From: an uncultured Candidatus Bathyarchaeia archaeon | GTDB lineage: Archaea; Thermoproteota; Bathyarchaeia; Bathyarchaeales; Bathyarchaeaceae | NCBI GenBank assembly: GCA_964418675.1 | Contig: CAYQMM010000002.1 | Coordinates: 132,875 to 196,874, forward strand | Length of the DNA stretch: 64,000 nucleotides | Direction: 5' to 3' | Shown: piece after piece, positions 16,997-25,924 of the stretch | Layout of the letters: each line of letters begins with the position of its first letter | How positions within the stretch are numbered: position 1 is the first letter of the stretch | Translations under genes and position numbers: made by a program | Notes under the pieces: generated by a model | Database searches by the model: none | Told to the model about the DNA's origin: nothing | Seen by the model: the letters and a program-made list of their open reading frames with translations, nothing else

Positions 16997-17818
16997 ATGG
17001 GGAGCATTATGTTTCTGGATGACCTACTGAATGGTGACCTTCTATCGATGGCGAATCTTGAGAAAGTTGCGATAGCCTTGGTTATCGTCGCCGTGACTTT
17101 CGTCGTCGACAGGTTGACTCGTAGAGCATTATCCCGATACGGAAAAAGGTTGGATCTGGACCCTCACGCCGTAAACATCCTGAAGTTAATTGCCAGAATC
17201 CTCGTCTTTGCCGCTGGTGTGGTTGCTATCTTAAGTCTCTTCAACTTTAGTACAGACTGGTTTCTTGGAATCTCAGCTCTGACAGGAGCCGCCATAGGCT
17301 TTGCTTCCACCCAGACGGTAGGCAACTTCTTAGCTGGTCTCTACCTTATGGTTTCAAGACCGTTTATGGTGAGAGATTACGTGAAAATTGGAGATGTTGA
17401 AGGAGAAGTGCGGGAGATAACCATCAACTACACCAAAATATACACCCCCACCTACAACGTCACCGAGATACCTAACAGGAAAGTTTTGGACAGCATCATC
17501 CACAACTACTCTGGAAAAAAGGACATAATCGATTACTCCTTCAAAATGGGCTTCCCCCATCTGGAAAACGTAACAAACGAAGAACTGATGACGGAGTGCA
17601 TCAAACCAACCATTGAAAAGTTCTATGAAAAACATAAAGACGTTCTTCCGAAGAAGCCGGAGGCGAGTATGTTAAGCATGGATAGACTGGGAAGGGAATT
17701 TACGATTAGAATGTTCTTTCCAGAAGGAAAAATAAACGAATTCTACGATCTCCAACCAGCCCTCATGCAGAATATAGTAAGCTGCTGGGATTGCTTCAAG
17801 GCAGAGAAGTCTTGCTGA
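16997..17818 (+). CDS. mechanosensitive ion channel (MscS family)
   Basis: TM helices followed by FLAGLYLMVSRPFMVRDYVKIGDVEGEVREI, the MscS TM3 and beta-domain signature. Confidence 0.85.
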   Translation: MGSIMFLDDLLNGDLLSMANLEKVAIALVIVAVTFVVDRLTRRALSRYGKRLDLDPHAVNILKLIARILVFAAGVVAILSLFNFSTDWFLGISALTGAAIGFASTQTVGNFLAGLYLMVSRPFMVRDYVKIGDVEGEVREITINYTKIYTPTYNVTEIPNRKVLDSIIHNYSGKKDIIDYSFKMGFPHLENVTNEELMTECIKPTIEKFYEKHKDVLPKKPEASMLSMDRLGREFTIRMFFPEGKINEFYDLQPALMQNIVSCWDCFKAEKSC

Positions 17819-17936
17819 GTGGGAAGACAGTTGATAATGTGGCTGAAGCTAACAAACTTATTTAACTTTTCATTCGTTCTCTAATTATAGTAAAGGTTAT
17901 GAAGCTCTTTTTAAGGAAAATAACGAAATAGGACTG

Positions 17937-19304
17937 TTGGAGAATAGAGCCTTGAAGAATTTTGACGTGGTTATCATCGGCGCTGGAAGCGGAGGATGCT
18001 TGGCAGCCAAGACAGTTGCCGAAGCCGGATTTAAGGTCTGCATGCTAGACCGAAAAAGAGAACAGGACATAGGCGACAAGGTCTGCGGGGACGCCATAGG
18101 GAAACATCACTTCGACAATCTAAACTTGGAGCACCCCACGGGAGATGAGCTGGAGCAAAAAATAGACGGAATCAAAATCTATTCCCCAGACATGGAAACC
18201 GTCGTCAATGTCAAGGGAGAAGGCGTCCACGGATACTTAGTTAATCGCCAACTTTTCGGTCAGAGACTGGTGAGAGAAGCCAAAGATGCGGGCGCAACCT
18301 TGATGGATTCAATCCTTGTGGCAAACCCCATCATAAAGAACCGGTATGTCACAGGCGTCTCAGCTAAGGAGCTTAAAACAGGCAAAAACTTTGAAATGTC
18401 TGCTCGAGTTGTAGTGGATGCGAGTGGGTATTCGGCTGTTTTGCGAAAGAAGCTTCCTCCTGAAATCAGAATTGAGACAGAGGTCAACGATGAGGATGTG
18501 GTTGTTTGTTACCGCGAAATTCGCGAGGTGAAAGAGCAGGTTGCTGACCCAAGTTTCTGTGAGATTTACCTAGACCTGCAGCGTGTTCCCGGAGGATATT
18601 ACTGGATTTTTCCCAAGGGTCCAACCAAAGTTAACGTGGGCTTAGGGGTGGCCATGACCGAGGGCTTCCCTAACCCCAAAAATCTTTATAATGACCTGAT
18701 TTTGTCGATGCCCCTCTTCAAAGGTTCTCGTGCTTTGAGTGGTGGGGGAGGTCATGTTCCAACTCGGAGACCCCTAAGCTCCATGGTGGGAAACGGCGTG
18801 GTAATCGTTGGGGATGCTGCTTGCCAAGTTAATCCTATTCACGGGGGTGGAATCGGCTCTTCGATGATGGGAGGAGCAAAGGCTGGCGAGGTAATCGTCG
18901 AGTCTATGGAGGCGGAGGATGTGAGCAGAGAAGGACTTTGGTCTTACAACGGCAAGTACATGGAAGTTTATGGCGCCAAACAGGCGGGTCTCGACGTCTT
19001 CCGTATGCTTCTTCAGCGATTGACCAACAAGGAAATGAATTATGGAATGGAGCACCATCTGATCACTGATGATGACCTCCTCCGAACGAGTATGGGCGAG
19101 GATGTGAAGCTTAACATAACTGAAAAGACTCGGCGGGTCTTCAAAGGAATTGGAAGTCTATCTCTCATCAAAAAGTTGCATACCACAGCGAATCTGATGA
19201 AGAAGATTAAGAGCCTGTATAGAAATTATCCCTCGTCCCCTGAAGGCTTAGGTGAGTGGGAAGAGAAGACAAATCTTGTAGTTGAAAGAGCGAAAAGGCT
19301 GTGA
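17937..19304 (+). CDS. geranylgeranyl reductase family FAD-dependent oxidoreductase
   Basis: FDVVIIGAGSGGCLAAK dinucleotide-binding motif, CGDAIG and VGDAACQVNPIHGGGI motifs. TTG start. Confidence 0.85.
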   Translation: MENRALKNFDVVIIGAGSGGCLAAKTVAEAGFKVCMLDRKREQDIGDKVCGDAIGKHHFDNLNLEHPTGDELEQKIDGIKIYSPDMETVVNVKGEGVHGYLVNRQLFGQRLVREAKDAGATLMDSILVANPIIKNRYVTGVSAKELKTGKNFEMSARVVVDASGYSAVLRKKLPPEIRIETEVNDEDVVVCYREIREVKEQVADPSFCEIYLDLQRVPGGYYWIFPKGPTKVNVGLGVAMTEGFPNPKNLYNDLILSMPLFKGSRALSGGGGHVPTRRPLSSMVGNGVVIVGDAACQVNPIHGGGIGSSMMGGAKAGEVIVESMEAEDVSREGLWSYNGKYMEVYGAKQAGLDVFRMLLQRLTNKEMNYGMEHHLITDDDLLRTSMGEDVKLNITEKTRRVFKGIGSLSLIKKLHTTANLMKKIKSLYRNYPSSPEGLGEWEEKTNLVVERAKRL

Positions 19305-19338
19305 GGAGAAGAGCTAGCTAAAGTTGAGTGCGTAGAAT

Positions 19339-20013
19339 ATGCGTGTAGCTGCTCTGGTTACTGGCGGAAAAGACTCTGTTCTAGCTCTTCACCGCGCCCA
19401 AAAGATGGGGCACAACATAAAATTTCTAGCCACCATGATTCCCAAAAGAGCTGACAGCTGGATGTTCCATTTCCCCAACATTCACCTGACAGACCATCTT
19501 TCCAAGGCGGTGGAAATTCCGTTGGTGAAGGCTGAAACCTCTGGAATCAAAGAGAAAGAACTGGAGGACCTCAAGAAGCTGCTTGCGTCCCTTGATGTGG
19601 AGGGAGTCGTGTCAGGGGCAGTAGCGTCGCGCTATCAAAAGGAACGAATCGGGAGAATATGCCAAGAACTAGGTCTCGAATCTGTTACGCCCCTCTGGCA
19701 CCAAGACCCCCTACAGCTTCTAAGGGAGCTAGTTGACCTGAAATTCAAGGTAATAGTTGTGGGAGTGTATGCTTATGGCTTCGATGAGAGCTGGCTGGGG
19801 AGAGAAATCAACTCTGCAACTATAGAGAAGCTTGTGGAACTCCACGAGAAGTATGGGATTTCTTTGGTGGGCGAGGGCGGCGAATACGAGACCTTAGTTC
19901 TGGACGCCCCATTCTTCAAGAAGCGCATTCAGATAATCCAGAGCGAGACAAACTATGAAGAACATAGTGGCGTTCTGGTTGTGAAGGAAGCTAGGCTCGT
20001 GGACAAATGCTGA
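19339..20013 (+). CDS. diphthine-ammonia ligase-like ATP-binding (PP-loop, MJ0570 family) protein
   Basis: MRVAALVTGGKDS PP-loop and GEGGEYETLVLDAP C-terminal motif. Confidence 0.8.
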   Translation: MRVAALVTGGKDSVLALHRAQKMGHNIKFLATMIPKRADSWMFHFPNIHLTDHLSKAVEIPLVKAETSGIKEKELEDLKKLLASLDVEGVVSGAVASRYQKERIGRICQELGLESVTPLWHQDPLQLLRELVDLKFKVIVVGVYAYGFDESWLGREINSATIEKLVELHEKYGISLVGEGGEYETLVLDAPFFKKRIQIIQSETNYEEHSGVLVVKEARLVDKC

Positions 20014-20104
20014 AAAGGCATTAGCTGAAATGAAGAGCGCGTAATCTGTTTTCAGATAGGTTTAAGAGTGGGTTTGAGAGGGCATTTTTCAGTTTAGCGA
20101 GGTT

Positions 20105-20683
20105 TTGAAGGTGGAATTTAAGGGAGGTCAAACCGAGAAGAATCTTTTGGCAGCATTTGCGGGTGAATCCCAAGCCCGAACCAGATACACTTTCTTTGCG
20201 AGCAAGGCAAAAAAGGAAGGATACGAGCAAATATCAGCCATTTTCCAAGAGACAGCAGACAACGAGAAAGAGCATGGTGAAATGTTCTTTAAACTGCTGA
20301 AAGGCGGAATGGTGGAGATCAAGGCTTCTTACCCTGCAGGAGTGATTGGAACAACAGCTGAGAACCTAGAGGCGGCAGCTGAAGGCGAGAAACTGGAGTG
20401 GGGCACCCTTTATCCAGATTTTGGCAAGGTAGCGGAGGAGGAGGGCTTTATGGATGCAGCCCGAACTTTTCGCAGTGTTGCCAAAGTGGAGAGTTATCAT
20501 GAGCGAAGGTACCGAAAATTGTTGGCAAACGTTGAGCAGGGCAAGGTTTTCAAGAGAGACAAAATTATCAAGTGGAAGTGCAGAAACTGCGGCTACGTGT
20601 ACGAGGGCAAAGGAGCTCCTGAGGAGTGCCCGGTCTGCAAACATCCAAGAAGCTACTTTGAAGTTTGGTGCGAAAACTACTGA
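20105..20683 (+). CDS. rbr: rubrerythrin
   Basis: TEKNLLAAFAGESQARTRY, EKEHGEMF and the C-terminal rubredoxin-like CRNCGYVYEG...CPVCKHP. GTG start. Confidence 0.93.
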   Translation: MKVEFKGGQTEKNLLAAFAGESQARTRYTFFASKAKKEGYEQISAIFQETADNEKEHGEMFFKLLKGGMVEIKASYPAGVIGTTAENLEAAAEGEKLEWGTLYPDFGKVAEEEGFMDAARTFRSVAKVESYHERRYRKLLANVEQGKVFKRDKIIKWKCRNCGYVYEGKGAPEECPVCKHPRSYFEVWCENY

Positions 20684-20710
20684 ACTTTCATGAAGAGGGA
20701 AGTGCGAACT

Positions 20711-20863
20711 TGACCGAAAGACGGCAGATTTATCTTTGCGAGGTATGTGGAAACAAGGTTCAAGTGATAAAAAAGCTTCGGAACCCTCGTTTGCTGCGGA
20801 CAAGACATGACTCTAATGGAATCAAACTGTGCATCTCTTGCTTACGTTGCGAAAGGATTTTAG
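20711..20863 (+). pseudogene. desulforedoxin-like gene interrupted by a +1 frameshift at an A6 run
   Basis: From TTG 20711 the frame gives TERRQIYLCEVCGNKVQVIK. After the A-run (20769-20774) the +1 frame gives SFGTLVCCGQDMTLMES... with a stop at 20861-20863. GTLVCCGQDM closely matches the desulforedoxin/Dfx N-domain motif GTLVCCGEDM. Confidence 0.65.
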
Positions 20864-20890
20864 GTGTGAACGAAAGACAGAGAACCAGTT

Positions 20891-21070
20891 ATGACTGAAC
20901 AAACCGTGCTAGCGAAATTCGCCAAAACAGTAAGCGTGTGTAAATCCTGTAAACACCTCACCAAGCTGGAGGGACGCCACTACTGCAGGCTACTTGGAGC
21001 CCTCCTTGCAGAACAAACGCTCTATCTTCCCTGCGACCTGAAAGAGGCACCTAAGACGGGAGAGGACTGA
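20891..21070 (+). CDS. small Cys-containing hypothetical protein (59 aa, below the ORF-track cutoff)
   Basis: ATG 20891 to TGA 21068-21070 encodes MTEQTVLAKFAKTVSVCKSCKHLTKLEGRHYCRLLGALLAEQTLYLPCDLKEAPKTGED. It has four Cys including CxxC and fills an otherwise empty gap after the redox genes. Confidence 0.35.
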   Translation: MTEQTVLAKFAKTVSVCKSCKHLTKLEGRHYCRLLGALLAEQTLYLPCDLKEAPKTGED

Positions 21071-21167
21071 AAAAGGTTTATTAACTGTATTTTAGCTCAT
21101 AGGCTACAGTTCCTATGGGATGTGACCCGCCTAAGGGTTGAACCGAAAGAAATTGGAGGAATAGAGA

Positions 21168-21725
21168 ATGGCTTACAAATATATCGCGAAGGCTTGGAAA
21201 AAACCGAGAGAATCCTTCGTGAAAGAACTGATGTGGCAGAGAGCCATAGAATGGCGCAAACAAAACACCATTGTACGAATCGAGAGACCCACCAGACTAG
21301 ACCGAGCAAGAAACCTAGGATACAAGGCTAAGCAGGGGTTCGTCATGGCTCGGGTTCGCGTTAGACGTTCAGGATTCAGAAAAACCAGACCCACGGCAGG
21401 TCGAAGACAGAAACGAATGGGCGTCAACAAATTCAAGCTTGCCAAGAACATGAGGATGGTTGCTGAGGAGAGGACAGCTAGAAAGTTTCCGAATCTGGAG
21501 GTTCTGAATTCCTACTGGGTCTGGGAGGATGGACGCTTCAAGTGGTTCGAAGTTATCATGGTTGACCCAATGCTTTTGCCGGACCATCCGATAGCAGGTC
21601 AGACGAGACGCGTGTTTCGCGGCTTAACCAGCGCCGGCAAGGAGGTTCGGGGGCTTCACCACAGAGGACTCGGAGCCGAAAAAGCTCGACCAAGCCGCAA
21701 AGCAGTCCTGAAACAAAAACAATAA
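21168..21725 (+). CDS. rpl15e: 50S ribosomal protein L15e
   Basis: [13 protein letters not shown]...[23 protein letters not shown]...SYWV is the canonical L15e sequence. Confidence 0.95.
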   Translation: MAYKYIAKAWKKPRESFVKELMWQRAIEWRKQNTIVRIERPTRLDRARNLGYKAKQGFVMARVRVRRSGFRKTRPTAGRRQKRMGVNKFKLAKNMRMVAEERTARKFPNLEVLNSYWVWEDGRFKWFEVIMVDPMLLPDHPIAGQTRRVFRGLTSAGKEVRGLHHRGLGAEKARPSRKAVLKQKQ

Positions 21726-21780
21726 ACAATGATGCACCCTTAGTTTTCCAAGGATACCTTCAAACTCCATTCTTGCGTTT

Positions 21781-21815
21781 GCACACTAGTTGACATATTT
21801 ATATCAAGAGTGTGC
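21781..21815. promoter_or_regulatory. 7-bp inverted repeat GCACACT / AGTGTGC bracketing a TATA-like box (ATATTTATATC)
   Basis: Seen directly. It lies immediately upstream of the DUF54-rnp3-rnp2 gene string. Confidence 0.25.
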
Positions 21816-22289
21816 ATAGAGTTTCGGAAAGAGTGTGAGATAGTTTTGTCTCAGTTGCCTATAGCTTACGTTGATGTTCGATTCTTTGCTCATGCCACTG
21901 AAGACTTGGAGAAAGTTGTTGGAGCAGTTCAAAATATTTTGCCAAGCGACAACATCGAAGAAATAGCATTCAACAGAAGCAACTTAGAGGGACATTATGG
22001 CAATCCCATAACTCTTTTCGAAGCCAAAATCAAAGACAAAGAAATAATCAGAGCCTTGGTGGAGAATCTTGCATCTCATCTCAGCGCTTTGGACAAGGAA
22101 GAGTTAAGCAGAGAGATAAACAGGTACGTTGAGAAAGGAAGCCTCTACCTCAGGCTCGACAAACAAGCTGCCCTCCAAGGCAAAATCAAACTCGTCTCAT
22201 CCGACCCCATCCGCATACGCATAAGATTCAGAAAATCCAAGATTGAAGACATAATTGAAATCTGCCGAGAGATTGGGATGCTAACATGA
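21810..22289 (+). CDS. RNA-binding protein of the DUF54 / predicted exosome-associated family
   Basis: YVDVRFFAHATEDLEKV is characteristic of this family, which commonly sits next to RNase P protein genes. The true start is probably downstream (TTG near 21846), given the TATA box at about 21796. Confidence 0.55.
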   Translation: MCIEFRKECEIVLSQLPIAYVDVRFFAHATEDLEKVVGAVQNILPSDNIEEIAFNRSNLEGHYGNPITLFEAKIKDKEIIRALVENLASHLSALDKEELSREINRYVEKGSLYLRLDKQAALQGKIKLVSSDPIRIRIRFRKSKIEDIIEICREIGMLT

Positions 22290-23017
22290 AACGGTTTGCT
22301 GACCTCCATCTACGGGTGCCCCTCAACAACCAGCCCCAGACAGAAAAGATGCTCTGGAACGCCGCCGAGCTAGGTTACAGTCTAATCGCCATACCTCTAC
22401 CACCCCATGCCACACGAGAACAAATCAGCCAGCTTCAACGCATCTGCCGTGAAGCAAAAATAGACCTTGCCCCAAGACTGAATCTTTCTCCCCGAACCTC
22501 CAGCGAACTTCTCCATAGTTTGAGGCGTTTCAGAAGAAAATTCGAGATAATCTCCGTGATGTGCCCCACAAAGGACGTTGCAAGACAGGCAGCCCGGGAC
22601 AGGCGGGTGGACCTCCTCCAATTTTCTGTCACAAGCCTCCGAAAAAGATTCTTTGATGAGGCAGAAGCTGAACTTGCTTCCCAAGCATTCTCTTCCCTCG
22701 AAATCGAGACGGCTCCCCTCCTTCGGTTGGCAGGTGCCCCGAGAATCCGCCTTTTTTCTCGCCTACAAAGGGAAGTGGCTACGGCAGAGAGGTTCAATGT
22801 GCCAATCACTGTTTCCAGTGGTGCAACAGACGATTTCCTCATGAGGGGACCCCACGACACCGCTGCCCTAGCAACCCTCATCAACCTGCCCCTCTCCTCT
22901 GCGCTGAAGGCGCTCTCAGAAAACCCTTATGCTACAGTTGAGCGAAACAGGAAGAAGCTGAGTCCAGATTACGTGGCTCCCGGAATACATGTTGTAGGAA
23001 GGAAAGGCGATGCCTAG
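22286..23017 (+). CDS. rnp3: RNase P protein component 3 (Rpp30)
   Basis: FADLHLRVP... with a TIM-barrel-like pattern and ..ITVSSGA... Its 4-nt start overlap with the upstream gene and the downstream Pop5 gene support the call. Confidence 0.8.
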   Translation: MKRFADLHLRVPLNNQPQTEKMLWNAAELGYSLIAIPLPPHATREQISQLQRICREAKIDLAPRLNLSPRTSSELLHSLRRFRRKFEIISVMCPTKDVARQAARDRRVDLLQFSVTSLRKRFFDEAEAELASQAFSSLEIETAPLLRLAGAPRIRLFSRLQREVATAERFNVPITVSSGATDDFLMRGPHDTAALATLINLPLSSALKALSENPYATVERNRKKLSPDYVAPGIHVVGRKGDA

Positions 23018-23324
23018 AAGAGAAAGGAGACGTTACTTAGCTTTAGAGGTTCAGAGCGAACAGCCTCTCAACGAAAGGACAGCTATGGAGGCTGTTGAAG
23101 CTTCAGTTCAGCGGCTCTTCGGCGAATATGGCGCCAGCCAAGCCAACCTCAAACTGATAAAGTATATTCCACAGAAAGGCCAATTGGTTATCCGTTGTAG
23201 CCATAAAGCCCTTGAAAAGGTCAGAGCTGCCATCACCTCAACCATCGAGATAAACGAAAAAACCGCAGCCATTCATGTTGTAGGCGTCTCCGGAACCCTT
23301 AAGGCACTAGCCAAAAAGACCTAG
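23010..23324 (+). CDS. rnp2: RNase P protein component 2 (Pop5)
   Basis: RRRYLALEV...LFGEYGAS...LIKY...VIRCSHKALEKVRAAI...VVGVSGTLKA is the Pop5 pattern. Confidence 0.8.
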   Translation: MPRRERRRYLALEVQSEQPLNERTAMEAVEASVQRLFGEYGASQANLKLIKYIPQKGQLVIRCSHKALEKVRAAITSTIEINEKTAAIHVVGVSGTLKALAKKT

Positions 23325-23403
23325 AAAGGATGCTTGCATCCGTTTTCAGGAAAAAGCTAGTTTTCAACAATGCACTGTTATTAGGCTCCAAATAGAAATG
23401 AGT

Positions 23404-23715
23404 GGCGGGTCACCTTGGTTCGTCGCCCAGTTTTCGCCAGTTTCCCTAATCTCTGAACTCATATCCGCTGCCCCTCAAGCGCTGAACGTCCAAGCTTAGG
23501 TTGCTCCCTCCCGGGCCTGGCCAGGTTCGCCTGGTAGACGCGGTTGACAGCTTCCCTACGGAGGCTGCTCCATGACCGCCAGCCTAAAGGGACGGATAGT
23601 CACGGTTAGAGGACTGGGGAAGCCTGACGATCTTTGACGCCTCGCCAAGGCATTCAGCCCGTCGTATAGAGGGTTTACGGTACAGGGGACCCCTAGCCCC
23701 CCGCCTAGACCCGCC
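23404..23715 (-). ncRNA. signal recognition particle (7S) RNA
   Basis: Minus strand begins GGCGGGTCTAGGCGGGGGGCTAGGGG and ends GGTGACCCGCC, so the termini are complementary. It contains the conserved helix-8 motif CAGGCCCGGGAGGGAGCAAC with a GNRA loop. Length is about 312 nt. A TATA-like AAGATTTATG lies upstream and a T-rich tract downstream. Confidence 0.85.
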
Positions 23716-23891
23716 AAAAGAGAATAAACCGCCATTAGAACATAAATCTTACTTATGTGTTCTCAATGCTTTTTTCATCACGTTCCCACTTTTCCCTATT
23801 AGTTTTTCTTAGTTCATTAATTTCCGCATTTCTTCAAAAGTTAACATTCATGCAAAGAAGGAGAGAACTTCCGTTCTATGTTGCTTTGTGA

Positions 23892-24680
23892 CTATTCAAG
23901 AGCTTTTTCTAAGAAATCCGCCAAATCCATTATTTCTACTTCTGAACCACAGTGTGCACATTTCCGTAGAGATTCCATGCTTGTGTCTTTTCCCACCCTC
24001 AGATTTGCGCTACAATGTGGGCATCGATAAACTGCAACTATTCCACTATCCTTTACCTGCTGTAGAAGTGAGTTCAGATTAACGGAAATATTTGTCCTTT
24101 TGATGAGTATGTGCTTATCTTTCCTACGTAGCTCCCTTGCTTTATCGTATAGTTTTAGTTTCTCATAAATAGTGGCTGCATCCAAATCACGCCCACATCT
24201 TATTAAATTCTCTGCTAGAGCAATACTTGCGTTATGCCATGATTTTTGTGCTGGTTCTATGAACTTGTTCGGAGAACTCAGCCAAGGAAATGCTACAAAT
24301 CCTTTTGTATGCATTTTTGCTGCACTCCTAGCCTTTTCGACTTGCTCTCCTCCTTGACACTCAGGCAATGCTGAAAGAATAGATTCATTCCAATATCTAA
24401 CCCAATTTTTTTCAAAATTTGAGATGTCTGTTTCCACAAAATTGTCCGCTGGAAACGACAACACTTTGTCCCAAAATTTTTCATAACACTTACTTGAGCA
24501 GAACCCAACTGTTTCATAAAGTGCATTTACATTTTTCGTGCCCTCAAAATCAGCTTTAAACCAAAGAAGCCCGTGCCAGCTAGGCATGCAACGGAGACAA
24601 ACAATCTTGCCACAGTAAAAACACTTCCAAGTCTTTATCCCAAAAATTGATTTAGCTCCACAAGAAGGACATTTCCCCAT
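23892..24680 (-). CDS. multi-zinc-finger protein (N-terminal cross-brace Cys pattern, C-terminal zinc ribbon)
   Basis: N-terminus CPSCG-x12-CFYCGKIVCLRC...H...CSSKC; C-terminus CPHCS...CAHCG. The middle region is helical. Confidence 0.5.
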   Translation of the reverse strand: MGKCPSCGAKSIFGIKTWKCFYCGKIVCLRCMPSWHGLLWFKADFEGTKNVNALYETVGFCSSKCYEKFWDKVLSFPADNFVETDISNFEKNWVRYWNESILSALPECQGGEQVEKARSAAKMHTKGFVAFPWLSSPNKFIEPAQKSWHNASIALAENLIRCGRDLDAATIYEKLKLYDKARELRRKDKHILIKRTNISVNLNSLLQQVKDSGIVAVYRCPHCSANLRVGKDTSMESLRKCAHCGSEVEIMDLADFLEKALE

Positions 24681-24774
24681 AACTACTAATCACCTAAAAG
24701 CGCCCTTATTCAAAAAATATCAGCTACCTTTAATATAAGAACTTCTACACGCATTTGCCGATTGAGCAACCAAT

Positions 24775-25791
24775 TTAATCGCTGTACCATTCTCCGACGA
24801 ATAGTATTGTGGCGTCGTCTTTTGAGAAGATAGGGTCGTGGCAGAGAAAATCTGCTGGAAAGTATGTTGGAGTGATGTTGCGATTTTCTGAACCATCAGA
24901 ATTCATGAGGTAGATGTCGTATTTTCCTTCATTCCCCATGGCGCTCACTAGGTACACAATTTTTTCTCCTGAGTGAGACCAGACTGGCAGACCTTGCGTG
25001 TATCCGTTGTCTGTGATGGCTGTTTCTCCCGAACCGTCCGAGTTGATGACGTAAATGTTGTAGTTGCCGTGAACAGTTTCGTCCCCAACCAACCGTTCAA
25101 AAACAATCCTGTTCCCATCAGAACTCAGGTTGGGGTCATAGTCACCAAAGGGTAGAACAGCATTGCCCCATTCGCCTGCTCTGGGAGGGTCCGTAATCTG
25201 AGTAGCCCCGGTTCCATCTTCATTCATCATCCATATCTGACTGTTTCTCGTGAACACTATCTTGCCATCGGAGCAGTGCAGGTCGCTATCATGAAACCCA
25301 GAATCATAGACTTCAACAATGTTGCTGCCATCGGCATCCATCATAAATATATCCAAGGTTTCACGGAAAGAAAGGAAAACTATCTTGGAGTCATCAGCGG
25401 ACCAGCATGGAACCAAATCCCAGAGACCGTTATCTGTGAGTCTCCTATAATCTTCGCCGTCAACACGGATCACGCAAATTTCTTCACAGAGATTAATAGG
25501 CGAACCCTCCACTACGCACTCGCTGCTGTCACGGTCAAACTGCTGGGAAAAGACCAGTTGATCTCCAGCATTATTAAGGCGTATACGAGAAATCTTGTTT
25601 GCCGAAGAGTAAAGCAACTCTGTCTCTTCAGTTTCTAGATTCAAAGCATAGATTCCCCATTTTTCCTCATGAGACAACTCTCTAGTCCCCGAAGGAACCA
25701 TATCAAAATTCGTGGATAATATTACAATAATGAAGAAAGCAACTGCTACAATCACTATTGCAGAAAGAACAATTTTCTTGGTAGCTGGCAA
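24775..25791 (-). CDS. membrane-anchored PD40/TolB-like beta-propeller protein
   Basis: N-terminal TM segment followed by repeated DGxxIVF...IyvMNxDGSxxxxIT motifs (five or more blades). Confidence 0.75.
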   Translation of the reverse strand: MPATKKIVLSAIVIVAVAFFIIVILSTNFDMVPSGTRELSHEEKWGIYALNLETEETELLYSSANKISRIRLNNAGDQLVFSQQFDRDSSECVVEGSPINLCEEICVIRVDGEDYRRLTDNGLWDLVPCWSADDSKIVFLSFRETLDIFMMDADGSNIVEVYDSGFHDSDLHCSDGKIVFTRNSQIWMMNEDGTGATQITDPPRAGEWGNAVLPFGDYDPNLSSDGNRIVFERLVGDETVHGNYNIYVINSDGSGETAITDNGYTQGLPVWSHSGEKIVYLVSAMGNEGKYDIYLMNSDGSENRNITPTYFPADFLCHDPIFSKDDATILFVGEWYSD

Positions 25792-25924
25792 TTTGCTATC
25801 ATCAACATTCGAGATACTGCATGTTTGGATTAAATCAATATGTAAGATTTGCTCAGAAATTTAAGTGCAAACGCCGTTAACCTGTTCAGCCTGTGGAGAT
25901 AGATAAATAAAAAAGGGGAGCGTA

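Noticed and set aside
20665-20898. Reading the listed 77-aa ORF as an intact CxxC...CxxCxxC zinc-ribbon protein.
   Set aside because: The +1 frame after the A6 run encodes GTLVCCGQDM, an almost exact desulforedoxin motif. That is hard to explain unless the ancestral gene was a Dx. The intact-ORF reading is kept only as an alternative.
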